Shown: positions 55,380-64,000 of the stretch, in pieces | Numbering within the stretch: position 1 is the stretch's first letter | How the letters are laid out: each line of letters begins with the position of its first letter | DNA from: a virus | IMG/VR virus record: IMGVR_UViG_3300032516_002690 | Coordinates: 32,001 to 96,000 of that record | Length of the DNA: 64,000 nucleotides | Direction: 5' to 3' (one strand) | Translations under genes and position numbers: made by a program | Notes under the pieces: generated by a model | What the model was told of the DNA's origin: nothing | The model's input: the letters and a program-made list of their open reading frames with translations, nothing else | The model's database searches: none

Positions 55380-56570
55380 CTATTGTAGCTTATAGATGGC
55401 GCGGGCGCCGCGAGTCCGACCGTGCTTTGCTTTGACCAATTTATTTGGATCTACGTCAGTAAGCGGGCCCATTACGTTGGTCGTGCCCGCAGCACCGTCG
55501 TTGGTCGATGATTGCGGATTCGTAGCGGTCGTGCCGGTGCCTTGGGTCTGTTCAGCAACACGGTCAGTTCCTGCTTTTACTGCGGTATCGCTGAGTTCTC
55601 GTGAATCAATCTCTGCCGTCTCCGACGCTGCGTTTGCTGCTTGATACGAAGCTTCGATTTGCGTGTCTGTCAAGCCTAGTTGACGCAGTGTTCGGCGGTT
55701 GAGTAATTCCCGCGCTGCGTTGGCCTTGATACGATCGCTGGACGCCGCGGGCCCGACAGTAGCGGTGGGCGGTGACTCTGACGTAGTGACGCCTGTACGC
55801 TGAATAAGTGTGCTGGCGAGACTATCGTCACTCTGTTTAATCGCAGATTCAGAGACTGCGGCGGTCTCTAGAATAGTCGGCGACCCCAGCGCAGGAGTAA
55901 TCACGGTCATGCGCTTTACACGCATCGTGAATGAGAACTGCGACGCCGTATGCTCCGTCTCCCCCATGAGACCTAGTGACAGGGTCTCCATGTAGCCCGA
56001 GACAATAAAGCTGTCGTAGCGCAGCTTCATGATTAAATTACGCGATGCGAGTTTTGTGCCGCGCAAGATCTCTCTATAGAGACGAAGCATCCATACACGT
56101 TGGTCGTCCTGATACGTATTGAGCAAGACACCCGAATATTGAAACAGTGGCGGCTCCTGGCCCGAATAGAAGGCCACGTAGTTGTCCGTCAAGGTGTCCG
56201 CGATCTGTGCTTTCTCTTGAAAGTTTTCGTTTGCATTTGTCAGCAAAAAGTCTACAAAGCCGGTACCTCCTCCGCCTCCCGTGCCGGTGGCCGACACAAG
56301 CACGTCAGCCAGGGGGCGTGCGGCTGCCGACACAGTCTTCTTAAAGTCCGCTATAGCTTTGTTATTAGGCAACTCAATAAACATGCGCGCCATACTCTCT
56401 GAGTATTCAGCGTCGCGCGGACCTCTATTAATTGCGTATTTAGCAGTTGATCCTGGATTTACGCCGAATACACCTAGACGCGTAGCAGGCGCAGGCACGG
56501 TTTCCGTAGCTCCAAACGTACGGAAAATCTGTCCCTTTGCGCCGCCAGTGAGTATTCCAGGAGTTGCCAT
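55380..56570 (-). CDS. tail/baseplate protein downstream of tape measure
   Basis: 396 aa; position in the tail operon. Confidence 0.55.
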   Translation of the reverse strand: MATPGILTGGAKGQIFRTFGATETVPAPATRLGVFGVNPGSTAKYAINRGPRDAEYSESMARMFIELPNNKAIADFKKTVSAAARPLADVLVSATGTGGGGGTGFVDFLLTNANENFQEKAQIADTLTDNYVAFYSGQEPPLFQYSGVLLNTYQDDQRVWMLRLYREILRGTKLASRNLIMKLRYDSFIVSGYMETLSLGLMGETEHTASQFSFTMRVKRMTVITPALGSPTILETAAVSESAIKQSDDSLASTLIQRTGVTTSESPPTATVGPAASSDRIKANAARELLNRRTLRQLGLTDTQIEASYQAANAASETAEIDSRELSDTAVKAGTDRVAEQTQGTGTTATNPQSSTNDGAAGTTNVMGPLTDVDPNKLVKAKHGRTRGARAIYKLQ

Positions 56571-56584
56571 GGCTTTCTACTTTC

Positions 56585-56824
56585 CTACAGAACCGTGATA
56601 ATGTTTACGGTATTTTCACGGCCCTGAGTCGCGGATTCATCGGGAGCCACAAAACCGTCTGTAATAGGTAACTCGCCTGTTTCATGCGTAAGCATATATG
56701 CGTATTGATATAAACTTGGCATAATGACAAACGCAGAGCGCCCTGCTAGCGCGTTATCGATCAAATTACTGTTGATCAAACGAATATGGTCGATGGCGTT
56801 TGGAAAGAGAATATGGTCTGCCAT
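56585..56824 (-). CDS. hypothetical protein
   Basis: 79 aa with AGGAG SD. Confidence 0.65.
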   Translation of the reverse strand: MADHILFPNAIDHIRLINSNLIDNALAGRSAFVIMPSLYQYAYMLTHETGELPITDGFVAPDESATQGRENTVNIITVL

Positions 56825-56833
56825 GGGTGACTC

Positions 56834-59800
56834 CTACTGTGTTAGGCGCAGTGTTTCACGTAAATCACCGCGGTCGCCGGTATGAGCTAGACTACTCGCG
56901 GCTTCGAGTAATTTTGCGGACGCTGCATCTAAGTTACTAGCCGCTGCACCGAGACCCTCACCGCCAGCTGCTCCAGCAGCGGCTCTTTCTTGCATATCTT
57001 CGAGTTCAGATATTCCTTCCTCGACGAAATCACCCAGACCTAACTTGTCGGCTATTCGAACTAGGCCGCCTTCGAATGTACCTGATGCTCGGCCTTCACG
57101 CCGTTTCTGGATTTTACGATCTACGTCAGCGGGGGTCAGCGCACCTTCGCGAATTTGCTTAACCAGAGATTCGCTAGCACCATCCAGCTCACCGCCGCTA
57201 TCCAGATGTTTTTTAAGACCGCGTACGCCGTCTTTTGCAAAGATAGCAGCGCCTTCTACGCCAAGGACGTTCTTACGCGCCTGTAGTTGCTCTTCATTCA
57301 AAACGTCCTCTGTTGATTTGGCGTAGCTTCCTACAGTTTTAGCAATTAGATCGCGTCCGCCCTTTTTGTAAAGGGCGCTAAACTTATCGCCTACCGATTT
57401 TTTATCGGATTCATCCATGCCAGCAATAATTTTACGTACACCGCTCTCAGCGCCAGCACGTTGTTCGTCGGTGTAGCGCTTGTCCCTACGCAATTGTGTA
57501 CGGAGAGTATCTGCTCCCTCTCTGTTGCCTGCAGCATCCATAGTTGCGGCAGCCAGGAATTGCTGTTGCAGCGCGTTGTCTTCTTTGGAAAATACACCTA
57601 GTACGTCACGTTGCGACTCGGTGTTACCAAAGAAGCCTGTATCCATTCCTAGCAAACCGATAATAGTTTCACGTTTAAACTCGGCCCTATTGGCGTGCTG
57701 TTGCCGATCCCCCGCTTGTTGATTGGCAGCTATGGCAGCTCCGCCTTTAGCTATTTTATCGAGCACTGTTTTCTCAGCCGCTCCGGCAGAGTTCCCTACT
57801 GTACGTATAACTTCAGAACGCATTTCTTTGGCTAATGCTGCTCTTTTTCCGGCGTCTAATCCCGGTACACTGCCGATGGCTGCGTGTATAGTGCGGTCAA
57901 TTTCATCACCGGTTGTACGCCCAGTAACGTAAGTACCGCCCCAGCCTAAAGTGGTGGTTTTATCCTTCAAAAGAGCACTAACAGCTGCGCTCGCTTTTCC
58001 AACAGCGTTAGCTATGTCTTTATCTTTTAATCCGTACTTATCGGTGATCCGATTTAATTCACGCGTGTCGTTGGGAGTGGCGAGGCCTTGTTCAACTTGC
58101 CGGCCAAGCAACTTTCTGTTTTCTTGACGGCGTTCAAGCTGGCCCATTGTGAGCTTATCATTAAGGCCAAATGTCGTGCCTAACGTACCGTTACGCCAGC
58201 GCGTACCAAAATCCTCGCTCTCCATCAGAGTTTCAGCTGCAGATTCTCCGCCGCGTCCTATATTGGTTAAGCCAACGGTACCGTCAGGTCCGATAAAGTT
58301 GCGTGACATTATCCCAGCCGCTACTTCAAAGGGGTTAGCGCTCCGCATCTGTTCCGCTTCTTCAAGATATCTTCGATTCTCTTGACGGAGCCTATTACCA
58401 GGACGTTGCGTCCGCTGCGCATACCTATTCACTTGTTCATTGAATTCTCTAGCACCCTTATCGGACGTCAAGCGCTTCGCTAGGCCTGTCTGTTCTTCAG
58501 CACTAGTCAGCTGCCCAGGGCGTACAGCGCGTAATAATCTCCCGCCACCCGATGCTATTTGCTGTTCTTCTAAATCAGCGTCTTCTGCCTCGGCACGCAG
58601 CCAATTATCCGCAGCATTTCCCATGAACCGTGTGCTTCTACGCAATCCTGCTCCAGACAGGTTGCCTGAGAAAGGGAGTACTAGTCGCGCTGTGCCAACA
58701 GCGGCATCTGCAAGCCCGCGTGAAAACCTAGCGGACCCAACATCGTCTGCTGCATCGGCCAAGCTCTGACTGCGGACGCTGCGTATTTTTTGCTGTTCAA
58801 TGGCTAACGTGCGCTGTTGCTGGCGTATGCTCTTATAAAAATCAGGCGATTCAAATGTAAGCTGAATGGTCTCAGCTTGTTTCTCATCAAGCCCGATGCC
58901 GCGTAAACCCGCACCCAAATCCTTAATGCCCGTCTGCGACATAAAGCGCTTTGCCAGTAATACAGGCATGAGTATTGCGCCCATCGGACCCATTTTATTC
59001 ATGAGCTCGTCTTGCAACGCGCCCTTGCGATGCGAGTATTCTTCGATGAATTGACGATCTACTCGGGACGCGCTACCGCGTACCAATTCGTCTATACCGC
59101 CTGGTCGGGTTAATTTACCCATTGCGTCTTCGTCTACTGTCAATTTGCCGTCTTTTCCTCGCTTGAGCATTCCCGGCAAAATGGCAGTAATTTGTGACAT
59201 CTGCGCGGCGGCACCTGTCAGAGTTTGTGCAACACCTTCGCGTCCACCTAATAGATTTAATGTACGGGGGTCTAGAATAGTACCCATTGTACCGGCGGCA
59301 CCTGCAGCAGCCATACCGACACCCATACCCGTTGCGCCTGACATTCCATACTGCTGAAACATCCCCGCGCCTTGCATACCCGCCTGCATAACACCCTGCA
59401 CAGTAGTGCCTGCCATACGTGCATAGGTGCGTGCATTTGCAGCAGCGACATTTGTCTCAGGGATGCTCATGCCCAGCTGCCGCATATTGCCCATCATCTG
59501 CAGGGCTTTGCGAACGTCGGGTTCTTCGACGACCTTCATAAAGGTAGAAAGCGCACGACCTATTTTACCCATATCACGCGATATTTGATCTACACTTTGA
59601 GAGCCATCGAGCAGTCCGACTTGCGACGAGATATCTGTCAATTTCATCATGTCTTGGCGATTAAACATGCCGCCAGTGTCACGCTTAAAATTGCGATTAT
59701 CCACAGTGCGCATCAAGTTGCGCTCTAAATCCATCGACGCAGTGAGTGACAAGCCCATACCCGACGCGCTTAAATCAGAGCCGCGTCGAACATTGTTCAT

Positions 59801-60358
59801 GGACATGTTTTGCAACTGCATGGCGCGTTGCTGCTGATCAATCATCGGCTTGAAGGGCATCTGCGCCATGCGCTCGACCATATCGCCCATTAAATAGTCG
59901 GCACCCGCGCTAGCAGCTAAGCCCATCCAGGGGTTCATAGTGGCACCCCCGACAAGCGCACCTACGCCTAAACCAAAGGCTCCGCGTGCTCCAAAACCCG
60001 TCGTTGCTTGCGCGCTGGTCAAGAACTTAGACGCGTTGCCTTGTGCCTGCTGGCGCGCCATGCCCCAACCACCGCCCATGGTTGGACCGGGCAAGTAACC
60101 TTGCGCTTCTTGCGTGCGAGGTACTGGCGTGATGCCGCCAAACATCGGCGGGGTCATTGCCTGATACGAAAAAGTGTTGCGCAGATTAATCGAGAGGTCA
60201 TTCGAAAACTGCGCAGGCGTCGCGACAGGCGGGGGGCGATACGTGTTCTGGTTGTTTAACGCAGGCACGCCTCCTGGCATGAGCCCGGACTGCATCTGCA
60301 TGGTGTTCATGCCGGTCAATAGCTGCTGTAAGACCTGCTGGTCTCCGATACCGGGCAT
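56834..60358 (-). CDS. tail tape measure protein
   Basis: 1174 aa, Ala/Gly/Met/Gln-rich helical sequence directly downstream of the frameshifted chaperone pair. Confidence 0.75.
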   Translation of the reverse strand: MPGIGDQQVLQQLLTGMNTMQMQSGLMPGGVPALNNQNTYRPPPVATPAQFSNDLSINLRNTFSYQAMTPPMFGGITPVPRTQEAQGYLPGPTMGGGWGMARQQAQGNASKFLTSAQATTGFGARGAFGLGVGALVGGATMNPWMGLAASAGADYLMGDMVERMAQMPFKPMIDQQQRAMQLQNMSMNNVRRGSDLSASGMGLSLTASMDLERNLMRTVDNRNFKRDTGGMFNRQDMMKLTDISSQVGLLDGSQSVDQISRDMGKIGRALSTFMKVVEEPDVRKALQMMGNMRQLGMSIPETNVAAANARTYARMAGTTVQGVMQAGMQGAGMFQQYGMSGATGMGVGMAAAGAAGTMGTILDPRTLNLLGGREGVAQTLTGAAAQMSQITAILPGMLKRGKDGKLTVDEDAMGKLTRPGGIDELVRGSASRVDRQFIEEYSHRKGALQDELMNKMGPMGAILMPVLLAKRFMSQTGIKDLGAGLRGIGLDEKQAETIQLTFESPDFYKSIRQQQRTLAIEQQKIRSVRSQSLADAADDVGSARFSRGLADAAVGTARLVLPFSGNLSGAGLRRSTRFMGNAADNWLRAEAEDADLEEQQIASGGGRLLRAVRPGQLTSAEEQTGLAKRLTSDKGAREFNEQVNRYAQRTQRPGNRLRQENRRYLEEAEQMRSANPFEVAAGIMSRNFIGPDGTVGLTNIGRGGESAAETLMESEDFGTRWRNGTLGTTFGLNDKLTMGQLERRQENRKLLGRQVEQGLATPNDTRELNRITDKYGLKDKDIANAVGKASAAVSALLKDKTTTLGWGGTYVTGRTTGDEIDRTIHAAIGSVPGLDAGKRAALAKEMRSEVIRTVGNSAGAAEKTVLDKIAKGGAAIAANQQAGDRQQHANRAEFKRETIIGLLGMDTGFFGNTESQRDVLGVFSKEDNALQQQFLAAATMDAAGNREGADTLRTQLRRDKRYTDEQRAGAESGVRKIIAGMDESDKKSVGDKFSALYKKGGRDLIAKTVGSYAKSTEDVLNEEQLQARKNVLGVEGAAIFAKDGVRGLKKHLDSGGELDGASESLVKQIREGALTPADVDRKIQKRREGRASGTFEGGLVRIADKLGLGDFVEEGISELEDMQERAAAGAAGGEGLGAAASNLDAASAKLLEAASSLAHTGDRGDLRETLRLTQ

Positions 60359-60374
60359 GTTCGATTACCTCAGG

Positions 60375-60830
60375 TTACTTTGGGCTGCGTAAATGACTTC
60401 GTCGCATTCTACGCCTAAATTCTTCAAGTTCGGCAGGAGTTGCGACGCGCATGTCGTCATCAGAAGTAGTGATCGAATGTAGTTTCTTGAACATCCGAAC
60501 CTGATGCCCGTGTTTCTGCGTGACGTTCTCTTGAATCAATTTTAGTGCTTGTTCCTTCTCTTTCACCACCTCTGGTTGATACGATTCTTGAAAGACTTCC
60601 ATCGTCAACATGGTGGTCCACAGCTGGAAAAGCTTCTCAGGTAGATTAATGCCTGAAGAAAGTATCCGGGCTAAGTAAACGTGCTCAGTCACGCTCCTGC
60701 GACGCTCACGGATCAGGATCTCGCATGCAATGCGGTCTTGAATGGAACCCCGAGGAGGCATCCCGCGTGTAGGGATTGTCCGCACGAAAAGCTCGGCGCG
60801 GACGGACCCCCTCGGGGTGCCTAAAAATTT
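60375..60830 (-). CDS. tail assembly chaperone T segment (gpGT-like, reached by -1 frameshift)
   Basis: The -1 frame is open from the slippery site through LGTPRGSVRAELFVRTIP into ORF 60375-60785. Confidence 0.75.
   Translation of the reverse strand, partial: KFLGTPRGSVRAELFVRTIPTRGMPPRGSIQDRIACEILIRERRRSVTEHVYLARILSSGINLPEKLFQLWTTMLTMEVFQESYQPEVVKEKEQALKLIQENVTQKHGHQVRMFKKLHSITTSDDDMRVATPAELEEFRRRMRRSHLRSPK
60777..60830 (-). other. programmed -1 ribosomal frameshift signal
   Basis: A AAT TTT heptamer (60830-60824) directly before TAG, followed by stems acccc/ggggt and gtccgc/gcggac. Confidence 0.8.
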
Positions 60831-61435
60831 TCGACAATACCTTCGCTCATAATTGTCTGTATTTGCTGATCAAACTTCGATAGCTTAACAGCTATTAGTC
60901 TGATTACCGTTTCGGGTTGAGCTTCAATCCATTCTAGCTTTCGGTCGAAAAACTTTTCTGCATCCTCACCGGAGGCTACCTTAAATACCGTACCCTTAAA
61001 CGACACTAATGAGGCTGCTAAGAAATATCGAATCTGTATTTCTTGTTGTTCTTCGACGTACTTTGGATTATACGTCTCAAGCGCACGTAAATAACGTACG
61101 TAATCGGCATGCGCACGCGTGCGAAAGGTAGCGACTACACTCTTAGTAATAGGTACAGACTCTTCGTAAAAACCCTTTTCCAACATGGCGTCCACTACTG
61201 TATGCGCCTTCTGAACAGTAATGTCGTGTTCCGAAAGGATTTCATCGTATGACTTCGATTTTTCAACGCCGTCTTTTGTACGGTCAATGCTGTCCTTCAA
61301 GTCCTCCTGGACTCCTGTAGATAGCGACGTAGCGGGCGTTTCTACTTTCTGACGCTTGTCTACAATTTCCAAATCGACATCTTGTTCAGGGACCTGCGGC
61401 TTCTTGTATGAGCCGATGACCGGAGCCTTGTTCAT
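60821..61435 (-). CDS. tail assembly chaperone (gpG-like)
   Basis: 204 aa ending ENF* on the slippery site; upstream of tape measure. Confidence 0.75.
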   Translation of the reverse strand: MNKAPVIGSYKKPQVPEQDVDLEIVDKRQKVETPATSLSTGVQEDLKDSIDRTKDGVEKSKSYDEILSEHDITVQKAHTVVDAMLEKGFYEESVPITKSVVATFRTRAHADYVRYLRALETYNPKYVEEQQEIQIRYFLAASLVSFKGTVFKVASGEDAEKFFDRKLEWIEAQPETVIRLIAVKLSKFDQQIQTIMSEGIVENF

Positions 61436-61469
61436 TTCCTACTCCTGAGTGAATTCATGGTAAAAGGTA

Positions 61470-62279
61470 ATGGAGGCACTAATGCGTGTAGCATTGTTTG
61501 CGTTTTTAACAATCGTTCTTAGCTGTATCACTTCTACGACTGCGAGTGCACAAGATCCGAGAGTAATCCATCTGAAGGCAAAAATACTAGAGAAAATGCC
61601 GGACTCGCGGTGGACCCGTGATGCGTTGGGTACGACTGTCGAACGCGAAGCGCGTGCTACTGAGCATGCTGAATCTATCATCAAAGCGGCTGACCGCTAT
61701 ATCGAGGAGTGGCAAGTATTTGCAGCTGATGCGGGTTGGACTGAATTTGAGCCGAAGCGTGATCTACCAGCACTCGTGAGTGCAGTCGCGTATTCCGAAT
61801 CGTCATTTCGTTCAGTAATTCGTCTTGACGATGACACGCTAGTGAAGAAAGCCCCTAAATCTGGAAGGGCTGATATGGGCGTACTGCAGGTGCGGGCGCC
61901 TTCTACAACTGCTGCCAATTGCGGCGTTAAAAATAAAGCAGACGTTCAACGCTTAGTCGACGATCTGCCTTTTGCTTATATGACAGGTACGTGCATTCTA
62001 ACAAGACGTGTAGCGGCGTATATCAACCGATATAAATCGCAAGCCTTTACACGGTTTCAGCGGACAGAGCGCGCTAATTTCGATCTCGCGTTCTACGGTG
62101 TTGGTGTCCGACGCGAGAGTCCCGAACACTACAAACTCGCGCGTGAGCTTGTCATTGTTGAGAGGTACAATTGGGGAGACAAAGATTTGTATTTGCACAA
62201 ATTGCACGGGGGGTATGCCCGGCGTGTCGTCTCATTGTTTGAGTTTTTCCGACTTCCAGTGCATGATTGCGGAGCTTAA
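61470..62279 (+). CDS. exported lytic transglycosylase (SLT-like)
   Basis: Signal peptide ...FLTIVLSCITSTTASA-QD; AVAYSESSF (catalytic Glu), DMGVLQV, YNWG and YARRV. Confidence 0.7.
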   Translation: MEALMRVALFAFLTIVLSCITSTTASAQDPRVIHLKAKILEKMPDSRWTRDALGTTVEREARATEHAESIIKAADRYIEEWQVFAADAGWTEFEPKRDLPALVSAVAYSESSFRSVIRLDDDTLVKKAPKSGRADMGVLQVRAPSTTAANCGVKNKADVQRLVDDLPFAYMTGTCILTRRVAAYINRYKSQAFTRFQRTERANFDLAFYGVGVRRESPEHYKLARELVIVERYNWGDKDLYLHKLHGGYARRVVSLFEFFRLPVHDCGA

Positions 62280-62295
62280 GTCGGGGAGATAACGC

Positions 62296-64000
62296 ATGAA
62301 ATGTAACGGGTGTGCTGCGGTTATGCCTTTTATGGAGGAAACACCGCAGGGATTCGGCTGTGTATTCTGTGAAGGGAAGCAATTCCCTGATGCTGTAGAT
62401 ATATTGACAGAGCCCTCTCTAGGGTTTGTAAACGAAACTCGGCATGGACAAATAACCATGGCCGACGAAATAAATACATCCATCGAATCCACCACACCCA
62501 CGCTTTTTGAAGCGGGTACAGGTGTTGGCAAAAGCTTTGCCTACCTGTTACCTGCTATTTTATCTGGCAAGCGCACTGTCGTAAGCACAGCCAAAATTAC
62601 GCTACAGCAGCAGTTGGTAGACAAAGATCTACCGCGTATCCAGCAATATTTAGCGCAAATCGGGCACCCACGCGCAACTTTTGAATATGCAGCAGCGTAT
62701 GGCAAGAATAAATATGCGTGTTACGCGGAGTGCGTAAAAGAGAGAAGTAATCACAAAGATTGGCCCAAATACCTCAAATTCTTCAAGCACAGCGAGTATG
62801 GTCTCTGGGAAGACGCGGATAAATTACATTTACGGTTAGACAATAATCTCAACGCCACCGACTGTATTGGCCCCGACTGCGCCCATTATAAGACCTGCGG
62901 ATATATAAAAAGTCGCAAGACTATGCTTGCAGCGGATATTGTAGTTACCAATAACTGGCTGTTGGGCTTCCATTACAAGCTACGGCGCACGATGCCTCTT
63001 TTCCATCTGCTTGGTGAATTTGCGCACGTCATAATCGACGAAGCTCACAAAGTTGAAGACGGCATTCGCACTGCATTTACCAACGAAACGTCGCTAAATG
63101 CGCTAGATAAAATTCAATACAGATTCGATAGACTGCTCGATGTATCAAACGAACAATTTGAGCTTCCAGAGTTGGCTACGCTTGATCCACTCTGGAAAGC
63201 CGGGTTCGCTTCGTTAAATAGGCTACATCAAGCCAAATCGAATATCATAGATGCAAATACCTCTGCAGTAATACAAGACCTAATCAAAGGTCTCGACGAC
63301 GTAACTAACAGGTTGCTCGATAAAACTACGCTCGACACGATGTTCGAGCAACTGAGTCCTGTTACACATACAGAGTTAATTCGACGCTGGATTACGAAGA
63401 CTCCGGCACTTGCAAACGCGCCTTTAGCGGTGCCCGTAGCGTCTTCGCCCGTGGGCATGCCGCCGCGTCAGGGCTTTCCAAACATCTCTGACGATCAATG
63501 TGTATTTCTATCCCTCGAAAAAATACTCGAACTCGTCGAAGATAGCCGTGAGACGTTCAGCAATATCCTGAAGGCGCAACCAAACCGCACCTGGATGATC
63601 GAACAGAAAACGTTTAACGGCAAAACTAACCTCGTGCTCAAAGACATGCCCGTCAATATCGGCGGGTACATGCCTGACAAGTCAGTGACCTATGTATCAG
63701 CGACGTTGGCACTGGACGACAACTTTGATGTGTTCGCGGACCGTGTGGGGCTTCGAGGTAAAAATTACAAGAGCGATATATTTCCCTCGCCCTTCAACAT
63801 ACGAAAACAAGCATATCTGTACATCCCGCCGATCAAAGCAGTGCCAGAGCCTAAGACAATGGGCCCGGATGTTACGGCGTATCGCGAAGCCATGGCGTCG
63901 CAAATATACGAGCTACTGCTGGCATGCGAAGGCGACACATTCGTACTTTTTACGTCCAACGCAGAACAAGACTACGTAAAAAACTACCTAATCTCTCGCG
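62296..64000 (+). CDS. dinG: DinG/YoaA-family helicase, 3'-truncated (not in ORF track)
   Basis: ATG 62296 after GGGGAG. Contains RHGQ Q-motif, EAGTGVGKSFAY, STAKITLQQQL, Fe-S cysteines, IIDEAH, SATL, SPF and LFTS; the frame runs off the window. Confidence 0.92.
   Translation, partial: MKCNGCAAVMPFMEETPQGFGCVFCEGKQFPDAVDILTEPSLGFVNETRHGQITMADEINTSIESTTPTLFEAGTGVGKSFAYLLPAILSGKRTVVSTAKITLQQQLVDKDLPRIQQYLAQIGHPRATFEYAAAYGKNKYACYAECVKERSNHKDWPKYLKFFKHSEYGLWEDADKLHLRLDNNLNATDCIGPDCAHYKTCGYIKSRKTMLAADIVVTNNWLLGFHYKLRRTMPLFHLLGEFAHVIIDEAHKVEDGIRTAFTNETSLNALDKIQYRFDRLLDVSNEQFELPELATLDPLWKAGFASLNRLHQAKSNIIDANTSAVIQDLIKGLDDVTNRLLDKTTLDTMFEQLSPVTHTELIRRWITKTPALANAPLAVPVASSPVGMPPRQGFPNISDDQCVFLSLEKILELVEDSRETFSNILKAQPNRTWMIEQKTFNGKTNLVLKDMPVNIGGYMPDKSVTYVSATLALDDNFDVFADRVGLRGKNYKSDIFPSPFNIRKQAYLYIPPIKAVPEPKTMGPDVTAYREAMASQIYELLLACEGDTFVLFTSNAEQDYVKNYLISR

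Noticed and set aside
1-64000. CRISPR array, tRNA or rRNA genes
   Set aside because: No regularly spaced repeat-spacer series or cloverleaf was seen by eye, and non-coding gaps are under about 200 nt. A tRNAscan/CRISPR-finder run would confirm.
1-64000. Stop-codon reassignment as seen in some large phages
   Set aside because: Long genes are intact in the standard code, and TAA, TAG and TGA all end genes at sensible boundaries.
62280-64000. Apparent non-coding region at the window end
   Set aside because: It is a single open frame (DinG) running off the window.

Overview
This 64 kb window is a gene-dense fragment of a large, probably jumbo, contractile-tailed (myovirus-like) phage genome of roughly 50% GC, read in the standard code. 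The host cannot be determined from the sequence. The + strand carries DNA-metabolism and early-type genes: the C-terminus of an SNF2 helicase, two Cas4/RecB-like nucleases, a solo ParB, an SSB-like protein, a primase-helicase, a family A DNA polymerase fused to a UDG-like domain, a MoxR AAA ATPase, a metallopeptidase-VWA protein, a retron-type reverse transcriptase, RuvC, a secreted lytic transglycosylase and a DinG helicase. The - strand carries morphogenesis genes: large terminase, head-associated proteins, tail chaperones with a -1 frameshift, tape measure, baseplate, amidase/M15 lysin, tailspike, a giant Gly-rich fibre, three tandem paralogues, and two sigma factors. The two gene sets are finely interleaved with almost no intergenic space. 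The strongest candidate for a new system is the retron-type RT (20336-21385), which overlaps two unknown Cys-rich genes and has no room for an adjacent msr-msd. About 7 kb upstream lies a free-standing 145-nt highly structured element (13153-13297) closed by a perfect 12-bp inverted repeat, with retron-ncRNA-like topology. Together they may form a phage-encoded split retron; this link is inference and untested. Other notable signals are a mosaic triplet of putative receptor-binding paralogues, a short motif shared by the SSB-like protein and the primase-helicase, strong K-x-A enrichment in a head protein, candidate -10-only promoters and a frameshifted BRO antirepressor. No tRNA, rRNA, CRISPR array, intein or transposase was recognised. 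All annotation is from motifs read by eye; no searches were run.
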